Positions 1-12,000 of a stretch of DNA of 20,000 nucleotides are shown in pieces. The stretch is from an uncultured virus (IMG/VR IMGVR_UViG_3300023179_000076) (Duplodnaviria; Heunggongvirae; Uroviricota; Caudoviricetes): positions 57,281 through 77,280 of the IMG/VR virus record IMGVR_UViG_3300023179_000076; one strand, 5' to 3'. The notes under the pieces were generated by a model. The model worked only from the letters and a program-made list of their open reading frames with translations. It was not told the DNA's origin and did not search any database. Position 1 is the first letter of the stretch; each line of letters starts with the position of its first letter. Both the position numbers and the translations under genes were made by a program.

Positions 1-3000
1 CATAGGCTGCTTCTTTTTTATCTTTAAATCCAGGAACAGGAATCTGTGGAGATTTTTTAGGATCTGTAAAATACTTATTATTAATTGGTAATCCTAATCC
101 TTTAAGAAATTGAGGAGTATCAAGATCAGTACCTTTATAAGTTCCTTTATATAATTCTACAAAAAATGCTCTATAAGCATAATTTTTTAACCATTCTGGA
201 TTAGTTAATCTTTGATCAGGAACTGTTTTTGATAAATCTTTAGATAATTTAGTTTCATTATCATTAAGTTCTCTAATTATAGAGCGAACATCTTCTAGTT
301 TAGCTGGTTTAGCAGATTTGATCCCGATTGCTTTTTTACCAATATCATAAACTGCTCGTGCAATACCAACTTTTTTAGCATTTGTAAAAGCATCTCCTGT
401 TTCTAGTTTTATTTTAGGTTTGGTTTTAGCAGTATCTACAGCTTCATTCTTAAATACTTCTGCTGCTCTATCTTTTAGATTTTCTTTAAACTTTAGAGCA
501 TCGACCTCCATATCTGTTACTACAGACGGAACAATATACGGAACAAAATCTTGTAATACCGACTTATATTGATTGCCTAACTCAGATTCAACACTATCAA
601 AACCACCCATAGGATCAGCAAACATGTATTTGAAAGTTTTTTCGGCTCCTATTAATTTTCCAGTTTTATTATCATATTGATTAGTATTATTTTTTAATTG
701 ATTATTAAAATTTTGCCATTGATTTTCTGGAATAAATAACTTATCTTGTGACATTTCTCCAAAAGGAGATCTATTATTATCTTGTTTATCTATAACATAA
801 TAATTAATTGGTTCTCCAACAAATTGTCTTTTTGATGTATCGTATCTTGTGCCTCTTGTGATTTTTCTGTAAAAAAACCAAGGCGCTAAATCTTTTTCTT
901 TTCCGTATTCTATAGGTGGACTTAAAGTATCAAATAGTTTTTGAGGCTTGGGTCCGAATTGTGATTTACCAGATGATACAAAATTTTCATGAGTGATATC
1001 AGTAACATTAAAGTCTTTAGATAGCCACGGATACGAATCAATTCTATTTCCTGTTTTTAGATCTATCAAATCAATAAAATTATCTGTATCAGCTTTAAAA
1101 TCATCATTTATAGGCAACAAATCTGCCAAATTATTTCCATTATTCTTTGATTTTTCTAATTTAGTTTTGAATTTATCTATTTGATTTTGCCATTGATTTG
1201 CTCCAATATTATATAAAGTTAAAGGTAATAGTTTGCCCTTAGCTTTTTGTCCATCTAAAATATTTTCATCTTCATCCCCTAATTCTATAGAGAATAATTT
1301 TTTATTTGCAAAATCTTCTAGTAAACTTATAATTGTTTTTTTATTTTGAAATTTTGAAGATGCTACAAATTTTTCTTTATCCATATTTTCAATGACTCGT
1401 TCTAAATTAGCATAGTTTTGTTTTGTAATGGATAAGTCCGCAAAAGCCTGCGAATAGTCAGATAGTAAACCGCCTGAGCCTCCTGCCGATTTATAATCTG
1501 TAAGATTCTCAATTTTTACCCCACCTCCGGTATTTGAGAATACTCCTTGAGGCATTCGACTAAGATTAATTGGATATGCCGCTGACTCCGAAATTTTATC
1601 TTTGCTTAAAAGATATTTTTTAGTTGAATCACTAACAGCTAAATTGTCTATAGACGCTTCGGAATTCGGATACCCAAAAAAAGCTCGTGGTATTTTTATA
1701 TCAAGGACACTGTCTTTAATTCTTGGAATAAATTTATCTTGAGTGGTAATATCCTTATCCAATATATTTTTATCAATTAAATTTAATATATTTTTATAAA
1801 TAGGTTTATTTTTTTCTAATTGCTGTTTTGTTATCGGTTTTTCATCACTAGACAAAAATTTGGATGTATCTAATAACGATTTGATTATTCTTTCAGCTCC
1901 TAAACCATTATACATATAGGAGTTTTTATCATTAACATCTATACTATTACCAACATAAGAAGATCCGGGAACTATGTTAAAATTACTATTTGGTACTGGT
2001 TTTTTAATTATTTTTTGTGTAAACCAATTTCTCTCTGCTGGAAACTCAATATCTTGTGTATATTTTTTATATGCTCTGGCGGGAGTTAATAGAAGTTCTT
2101 TTTGGTCGTCTGCTTTTGGTTCTTTTTTAACTTCTGGATAAGATTTTGATGTTTGTAGCTCGGTTTTGTCTCGTTCTGATGATTGATATAATTTTTGTTT
2201 ATCTGGTGTTGTCCAATTCTCTCCAGGTACAATACCACCATCTTGTAGATAATTAATCTTTCCTCCTCGACTACTATTAATACTTTGTAATAATGGTAAA
2301 TTACGTCTAGTCGAAGCTCTATTAACAACAAATTCTCCAGGAGTTAACATAGCCGGTACGGTGTCCGTACCTTTTGGAGCAAAGTCTATGGATGCTCCAT
2401 TACTGGCATAAACGATACCTCCGGTAGCAAATCCTGATGCTTTTTGATTATTTGCTACTAAATTTTTTAAATTAATAATTTCTAATCTAATATCATTCAA
2501 TATTTTCTCTTCAAATGTAAATTTAGTTTCTTGAAGTGCAACTTTTAATTTTTCAGCAGCATTTTTTGCTGTATTTTCTGACATTAATTCTTTGATTTCG
2601 CCTAATCTAGCATTTGCGCTAGCTTGTAGGCTAACTCCTTGCTTATAAACACTAATAGCTTCTTGCATCTCCGGATCACCTTCCGGATTTCGTAAACTAT
2701 CCAAAACTTGTGCAAACATTGGGGTAACGCCCTGTCCACTTTCAAGCAACATACTTTCTAGTACATTAGCTCTTAATTCATTTTGTTTAGCTCCTTCTCC
2801 CAATAAGGGGGCTATCATATTAAAAGATTGTAAACTCTCTGATCTTTGTTCAGCGGTTGTTCCGCGATTTACAATACCTCTCATATTATTATCTAATCTG
2901 TTCAAAGAACTATTGAATTTATTAAGCTCTTCGGAATTTGATGTTACAATTTTTTCTATTAAATTAGCGCCTGACTGCCTTTTTGCTTGAATTTCTTGTA

Positions 3001-6000
3001 TTTTAGCTAATGCAGCACTAGCTATCTCACTACTTTCGGCTAGATTTTTAAGCGCATCAAAATTTTGTCGTAATGCTAAATTATTATTACGAAGTCTATC
3101 TTGCATAGTCTTAAATTCATCCTCTGCTGACGGTCCTTTTGCTGCGGCAGAATCCGAGGCTTGTTGTAATGTTTGTCTAGAATTTTCTAAATTTTGAATA
3201 TTTCTAGATATTCTAACAGGATCTGTTTCTCCTCCTGTTTGTCTTCGTGCTTTATCTAATGTTTGTGTCAAGGTTTCTCTTAAACTAATTTCTCTTCCAA
3301 ACACTTTAGATAATTCATTATTTGATGAAGTAATAATATCTGATGCTTTATTAAAAGCCTGATTTGCTTCTAACTGAAGATCTATCATAGTATTCATAGC
3401 ATTAGCATATTCATTTACTGCATTCTGATAGAATTCCATAGCCCTAACAGCACTTTCCTGTGCTCGTTTAGCAGCTTCTATTTGTTTTGTTAAGCCTGGA
3501 ACTTTTTCTGCTATTTCATCAAAATTAACTTGGTCTAAATCTCCTTTAGTGCTAATATCTTTGAGAGCGCTCTGAATTTGTTTACTAAAAGATGGAACTA
3601 AACTATCAGGAATTTGTAGATCTCTTAATTGTTTATCTAAATTAGATCTAATTCTAGCTAACACTTTTTCATTAGTTGCATTTGGATCTTCTTTACGTGT
3701 TCTATTAATTGTTTGTAAGATAGTATCTTCTAGTTGACCAGCACCAATATTAAGAATTGATGATATTGGTTGGCTCGCTGATCCAAAAAATGAACCAGCA
3801 AAATTTACAGCCTTATCTTGTTCTTCTTGGGAGTATACACCTCTGTTTTGTAGTACATTAATGGCTTTTAAGTTAACCTGTCCAGCTTTAGCATTGCCAT
3901 TTAAAGAAGCAGTAGCTAATTCAGCGCTATTAGATAGTTGTTGAATTTTGAAAGATGCCTTATTTATTGACATCTCCATATTAGAATATATTCTTTCCAT
4001 ACTATTAACAAACGTATTAACGCCCTTATTTAATTTTTCAAATTCTATTTCTCTAGCAACTCTAGCGTTATTTAATATGATTTGTTTTTCCGCTTCTCTT
4101 GCTATTATTCCATCTATTATTTTTTTTCTCTGGTCATCATCTAAATCTGCTCTAGCTTGGGTTTCTATAATTTGTTGTGCTACGATAGGATTTGATCTTG
4201 CGATAGTGTCAGCAAATTGTGAAACATTACCATTAGCGTCTTTTATAGAGGCTAATATTTCATCTTCTGATTTTTGACCACTTCTCATTTGCTGTTCAAA
4301 AACTCTAAATATATTATCTGCTAATGGCTTAAACATTGCTGATTGCTGTTGTGCCAATCCAGGGGCTAAAGCAAACATATTTGATTGTCTATTTAGAGCT
4401 GCTTGTTCATTAGCTGACCTATTGCTGAATATTTTAGTATCATACATGCTTGATCCACTCAATGCTTTAAAAATAGCATCTGGTATTCCAAGAGCAAGAG
4501 CATTAGCAGTCATTCCTATTGGAGCATTACCAAGTGTAGTAGATTGCAAATATGCTCCAACTCCTTGTTGTTGTAAAATCATGCTTCTTTGTGTTGCTTC
4601 TGATCCAGAAAAAGCCATTGCATCTATAATATTTGTCCAAAACATAGCCGGTACTTCCGTATCAATCTTTAGTCTTGCCATAGCAGCAGATATTCCAACA
4701 TTTATTTGATCTGTTATATCTTTTAGAATACTTAACTTAGTCATATCTTTACTAAATTCATCAAATAGTATAGATATTCTATCCAAGCTTGTTTGTAGTT
4801 TTTTACTAGCTAATTCTTTATCAAATTCTCGTGCCGCATTATAAGCATCTTTAAATGCTGCTGCTAAACTTATAGCGGCGGTTGCTGCTATTCCAAATGG
4901 TCCAGTTAATACTTTTGTTAGTCCAGGCAAAACTGATCCTGCTAATTTTCCTATTCCTGTACCACTAAATATAGTAGAAGTAGATAATTCTTTTAATGTT
5001 TGAAGACTTTGGCCAATACCAACCGCTAATGTTGAGGCTGTGGATGTTCCACTAGAAATTGCTGCTGCTGCCATTGCTGCGTTTCTGCTTTCTGTTGCAT
5101 CTATAAATTTAGCTATAACACTACCAGCAGCTCCTATAGCTAAACCAAATTTACTAAATTTTGCAGATATTTTATCGATTTCCTTAAATAGTTGTTGAGT
5201 TTCTCCTCTGGATTTTAATGCTTCTCCTGTGGCTCCTTTAATTTGTTCTGGTTGTATCTTATTTTGAGCAGCAATCATTGTCGCTGCTCTGGATACAATT
5301 GCTTCATCGGTTGATATATTCTTTATAGCATCAGTTAAACTTTGAACATTAAAAGCTTGTGTTGGAGTAGCCCCCTGTTTTAACTGATCCATAATATCTT
5401 TTAGTATTTTATTACTATCACCAGCAAAATTTTCTCCTAGAATATTTTCAAGAGTATCTCCTATACTTTCTTCTAGTTGTGAAATATCTATAGCTTTTCT
5501 CTCTTGTCCTTCTTGATTAGCATATTCTCCTTTTGCTTCTCTAGCGCTTATATTTTCAAGACTTTGTTTAGCATCAAATAATTGTTCTTGAAAACTATCT
5601 AAAGCTCTAGGAAGATTATTCTTAAATTGTTCAGCTAAATTTAAAGCCTGATCAGATAATGACTGAGAATATTCCTCAAGACTTTGTCCGGCTAGTCTTG
5701 CTCTCAAAGCCAAATAATCGTTCGCTGTGGCAGCAGCCTGGGCCTTATTTTTTGTTTCGGAAATTTGTGATATTATATCTTTTATATTGGTGCCTTGTCC
5801 TAGATCAGTCACATCAAATGCTTGTAGTCCTCTAGATCTAATAGTCTCGCTAAGTGCTTGTTGTCTTGCTTCTTGTGTGGACGGCACCTCTGGTCCTAGT
5901 ACATTGCTAAAATCTTGCTCCATAATATTGATTGATCTAGTATCAATTTCTTGTTGTAACCCAGATATATATTCTTCTGTGGATTGATTAGCTTCTTTAG

Positions 6001-9000
6001 CTCTTTGAGCTAATAGTTCTTGTAGTATTATTTGTTGTTGAGCAGCTTTATTGGCCTGTATGGTAGCATCAACAGCTTGAAATTTTAGCCTAGCTTCATC
6101 TTGTATCGCTTGCTTATCTTCTCTGGACGATGCTGCTCTGTATAATGGGTCATATTCTGATTTGATTCTTTCTTTTGACTCTATTCTTTGAGCAATTGCT
6201 TCGTTTTCTACTGCTGCTAGTTTTTGCTCGGCAGATTTGGGTACGGGAGGTGGGGTTGGTGATAAAGAAGATCTGTTTCTGCGACGAGGGCGTGGTGGAG
6301 TAACTGTATATGTTGTTGTTGATTTTGGAGGCTCTATAGGAGCAGGATTTTGATATGTATCTATTGCTTTATTTAGAGCATCAATATAATGAGTCATTAT
6401 AGCATCAACTTCTGCCGTTGTTTTTCCTTGTTTAGCCAAAGACACGACTACTGCGCGGTAGCTTTGCACCATCAAACTAGCATCGTCTAATGTTGCATCG
6501 ATAGTACTATGATATCTATCTAAAGTCTTTGCTAAAATCGGAGCCACTTTGTCTATCTCTTGCCAGGCTGAATAGCTATTACTTATCATTTGTTCTGTAG
6601 TTCTAAAGCTATCTACTAATAATATTGCACTTGTCTTTAGAAATCCAAGATCAGGCATGAGCGTCCGAATACCAGTTGTGTCTTTTCTTCCATAAGAAAC
6701 CTTATCACCGTCTTTAAATCTTCTTATTCCAACAATACCACCACTATTTAAACCTAGTGCTTTGGTAGCTTTTTCTCTTATTATAAAACTTCCTACTGGT
6801 AAATTTGTTGGTATACTATCACTAGTACCACTTCCCGGGCCTTTAAATATGCTAATCCCACCAGAGTTGAAACGACCCATACCATTTTTATCAGCTTGAT
6901 TCATTCGGCCTAGTGTTCCGTATCCAATACGTTTAGCAAGCTTAGGAGGCACGTAAGCCTCTCCATTACTTACCAATGCTGGAACAGTACCGCCACTAGC
7001 GAATCTTGGTAATGTTTGATAAAAGTCTGATTTTAATCCAGTATCCGCAAATATTTGTTCTAAAATTTTAGCAGCTGATGTGCTCCCCTCGGATGCTGCG
7101 CCAAGCAGAACCGGTATAGCTTCGTTTCTTCCAACATCAAAACTACCTCTACCCAAAGCCCTTAAAGAATTTCTGCTTGGATCAACTTTAGCTTTTTGTA
7201 AAGTTGTAAAACCAGATACCGCCATATTTTTCCCGATGTTTCTCTGTTCGCCAAGGGTTCTGTCTGTCAAATTTGGTAAAATATCGGTTAATTGATAATT
7301 TCCTGGACCGGTCCATTTTTTATTGTCAGGATTTTCATACCATTCTTGAATTGAATCTTTTTGTTTTTCTATAGAAGCAAATAATTTACCCATAATTTCT
7401 GGATAGTAATCATATAGATATCCTTGAATATCATGAAATGTTTCGTGTGCTAAGACGCCTTTATGTTTAGCACCTCCGACTTCTATTGTATCCGGAGTAT
7501 CATAAGTTTCGAATATTATATTTTGATCAATAAAATCTTTAAGTATAGAATATTCCTGCTTAGATATAAGCGGCTTGGCTTGCTCTATCTGATATCGCAT
7601 GGCCTTGAAAGGTAATGCTCCGGAGTAATAAGCCTGTTGTCCGACTGTGGAAATATTTATCTTTTCGCCTTGCCCTGTGGGGGTTTTCAATAAGCCATCT
7701 TCGGTCAACATTTCTTTTGGTAAAATACTTGATAAAACTTTTTTATATTGAGCTAGTAATTCTTCAGGAGATGGTTTGGATTTTTTCTTTCCAAAAAGTA
7801 ATTCTTTAATATCTGTTACTGGTCCACCTGTAGCAAATTTTTGTCTACTTATTCCAGCACCTCCCAATAAGTCATTTAGAGTACTATCCAAAATTCCACT
7901 TAAATTTTCATCTAATAATGGTAATTTTTGTATTAATGTTGTTAAAAATTCTTCTTTACCATTATCTTCATATTTATCTATAACATCTTGGCTTATTTTA
8001 CCTCTTAATAAAATATCATTAACTTTAGGATTCAGTGGTTTAAAAGCTTTGGCGGTTGTTGTAGAATTAGTTGCTGCCCAAGTTTTTCTTAATTCTGGAA
8101 TATATTCTGGATCACTATTAACATATTTTGCAAATGACTCTTTGGCTGATCCTATCATCAAGCTGCTTAGTCCACTAAGTTTATAACTTCTTCCATAAGC
8201 AACATCAGCACTATTATATCCGCTATTTCCTACTAGAGCATCAAAAGCATCTGCCACATCATCATTATTTCCATCAAATAAACTAGCAACTTTTGCTCTG
8301 TATGCTTCAAATGATTGAGCATTTTTAGTTCTAAGACTATTAAAAAGTTGATGAGTTAATTCATGATATAAAATACTATAGTCTTGACGTTGACTTGTAT
8401 TGAACGGATTAGTAGCTATACCAACGCTACCACGACCACTCTGATTTGCGGATTGTAATCTAGATTCTTTTGCAGCTTTAATAGCCGCATTGTTTTTATC
8501 AATAAGAGATCTTTGTTGTTTTTGTAAATCGTCTAATTCTGCTCTTAGTTTTTCTGCTAGAGCCGTATCATAGCTAAAACTACCATCTTCATATGTTGTA
8601 ACAGGAGTTTTAATTGTTTTTAATATTTGTTTCTTTTTTTCTTCTATTAGTTTAGTATATCCGAATAAATCTTGTTTATCTTGTTCAGTATAACCATATG
8701 GTGTCAGATCCACTCCTTGTAGTCCCCTGGTTCCTGGGCCAGAAGGATCCTTGCTAAATAATGCTGTAGCAGGATAATTAACACCAAAGTCTAATTGAGT
8801 TGGTATTGCAGATAAAAGATCGGTGGGTGGCAATCCTATAACTCGCGCAAATTGCCCCATTCTTTCAAAAACTGTATTTCTATTTATTTTATCCTTAAAC
8901 GAATTTATGAATAGTTCTCTAGTAAAAGGAGATTCATATCCTTTTTTCACAGCCTCCTCGTCCACAACCATTCTTTCATTACCAGGATACGTTGAAAAAA

Positions 9001-12000
9001 CCTTTTCCATTTGTTCTTGTTCTAATAATTTTTCCATTTCCCGAACATAAGCATTACTTATTCTTTTGGGGAATTTAAATGCTCCAGAACCAAATGTTGC
9101 TGTTCCTCCTTTAGCAAAGGCTTGTGGATTTTCTTTAAAGTATCTACTAAATTCTTCTCTGGCTTTTGAAAAACTGTCTCCGTCCAAAGTTCTTTTTACT
9201 TCTGTTTCGATATTAGGAGGTAATCCAAAAAGTTGAGCACCTCTGCCTAGTCCCTGTGGAAAATCAATCGCCCTATTTCTTTGTAAAGCATCAACATTTA
9301 TATTATAGCCCAATAATTGTGACAATGCCGCTTCTAACAAGCCTCCTTCAATATTAGATTGTCCAAATTTTTCTTCTGCTGATCCTTTGAGTTCTGGAAC
9401 TTCGCCATAACGAAAAGTACTTTTACCAGCAGCCATTGTTGCTCTAATATTTTCTTCATTATCATCGATTAATTTTTCAGCTCTTGCAACATCAGCGGCT
9501 TTAGCTTTTGCTATATTTGTTCCTAGTCCTTGACTAACTCCAGTAACATCTTGTTCTAAATATGGTAATCCAAATCTATTAAGAGTTGATGCTATGATAT
9601 CTGCCGTACTTTGAGGACGGGCCGTTAAGATACGACTATACATCCTAACATATCCGGGATTTTTTTGTTCTATACTAGCCAATCTTTTAGCTAGAGAGGT
9701 TGGTCTAGCTTGGGCTAGACTCTTCGTAACTTTTTCTCTATCCGAATAGGCCGGTAAATCTTCTTTACCATTTTCATCTAGCATTTTTGTTCCAAGAGCT
9801 AGTGTTTCATCAAAATCTATTGCTAATGGTTGAATTGGCCCCTGAATATTTCTATTACCTAATCCGCCTAATGCTGCCGTATCTTGAATATCTTCAGCAA
9901 ATTTTTGACGAGTAGCTCTATTAGCCTCTTGCATAGCTTCTATTTGCGGTAAAAAGCTAGATTGAAATCCTCTAACATAACCATAAATTTCTCTACCATC
10001 TTCCAACTTCCAGTCTGAAAAATCTTTATTATAATCTAATGGAAATAATCCGGCAATTGCAACTTTTCTCATAGCTGCTTCTTTTGCTTCTTTAGCAGCA
10101 TTTTGCTTTCCTGTCTTAGCCAACGCCCTATTTATATATCTAATAGCTTTTTCTATATTTTTACCAGCTTTAATATTACCAGCATTTAATATGGCGCCAG
10201 CCTCTCTATCTCCTGATCCTAATCCTAATATTTTTTTAACTCCACTAGCATCTCCAAAGCTAGACAATTGTTCTAAAATTACAGTTTCAATAGATTTTTT
10301 TTCTTCAGCAGCTATGCCCTGTACTGTTCCGCCAACCGCAAACCTTCGTCTTGCTGCTTTTTGATCACCATAAACTATGCGTTTACCAACCGGACCACGC
10401 GAAGCTTGTGTTGCTAATTTTCCTCTTTTTATAAACTCTCTAATAGTTTCTTCGTCTTTTAGTTCATCAAATCTCATAGTCTCAGTACCACCAATAGCAC
10501 CATACCTGGCTATTGGAAATCCATTTAAAACACCAACAGAAGACGATTTTTCTGAAAATAGCTTTTTAAATAATGGCAACTGTGATCTAGATGATTCTAA
10601 ATTAGCAATAATTTTATCAGCACGAGCCTCATCAATTATCATAGAATTAGAAATTGATTTTGATATAAGTTGTTCATCGCTTCCATAAAATTCACCCAAA
10701 AGAGTTCTTATGGTCGATAATTTAGATTGTAGTGCTTCTCCTCCACCAGCAAATTTTTGAATTAGTCCACCAGAATTTAAATTTCTAGCCCTAACTATAT
10801 CGGCCATAGGTATATTTAGATTATTAGCATTTTTTATTATTTCTTGATTAAATTTATCCTGATAATATTTATCAAAATTAGATTTTGTTTGATTTGGATT
10901 TTCAGGATAATAAATACTAGTATTTTTTAGTGGACCTTTACCTTTGTAATTAGATGTAAATAAATCTAAGCCATCCGTCCATGGTAACATATCTTGATCA
11001 TGTACAAGTCTTTTAACCAAAATAGTCTTATCGTCATTCTGTTTATTTCTGCTAAAATATTTAAAAACTCCTTTCTCAAATTTAGCATCTCCACTTTCAA
11101 AATCCAGTGGTGCAAAATGTTCTTCTACTATCTCTGGAAAAGTAGAATTGCTGTCAATAGAATATCCTGATAATAAACCATACTTTTTAATTAATAGTCT
11201 TTGAAACGCATTGCCTTTTGCCCAATTCGCTGGCGGTCTTGGAAGCGGCAAATCTAGCGTTTCCAAGTCTAGATTTTTTTTAGCAAATAAACTTTTTGGG
11301 GTGTCGTTATTAAGTATTTCATTATTTGCAGACATTCTTTTATATTGTTTAATATTAGATATATAGTCTTGTTTAATAAAACTTACTAAGTCATTAAAGT
11401 CATTTTGATTTAAAGTAATCGGTTCTGGTATTATTGTTGTCTCTACTTCGTCGGACTCTTGTATTCCTCCTATACCAAGTTTAATTCTTGTCCCGCCACT
11501 TACAGCCGTCAGATTATCAATAGAATCAATAACTTTAGACCCTTTAGCATATCTATTCATCCTTACCAAATTACCTCTTCCATACTTATTAACAGCTCTA
11601 TTGCTCATTACAACTTCGCCAGGCTCTAATAATGCTGGAACTTTGTCTCCTTTTCCGCTGCCAGGAACAGTTCCTCCTTTAGAGAAACCTAAAATACGAC
11701 CACCTCCACTAGCGGTAGTTGGTCCGCCGCCTCCTCCCAAATCTTTTCTATCTAAAGTAGCATCTAAATTAACCAAAGCGGCGTACACACTATTTAGCAT
11801 ACTATTATTATCTGATAATATATTGGTATTATCTTGTAGTTTTGAACTATTGAGAGTTAAACTATTATTAAGTATATTAAAATCGATACGAAGATTATTG
11901 ATACTTGTCCTTAGATCGTTAAATACTGTTGGGTCAATAGACACGCCTGCGGCACTAGTAGGGCTGCCAGCAGGAGCACCAGCAATATTCAGAGCAGATA

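Noticed and set aside
2086..2331. 81-aa minus-strand ORF
   Set aside because: Alternative frame inside the TMP, overlapping a conserved TMP block in the main frame.
6270..6300. PRPRRRNR as a eukaryotic nuclear localisation signal
   Set aside because: Context is a prokaryotic phage operon with Shine-Dalgarno sites and overlapping genes.
6704..11686. Inteins or introns as the explanation for the TMP inserts
   Set aside because: No C/S...HN-C/S/T splice junctions or LAGLIDADG/HNH motifs seen, and the frame is uninterrupted.
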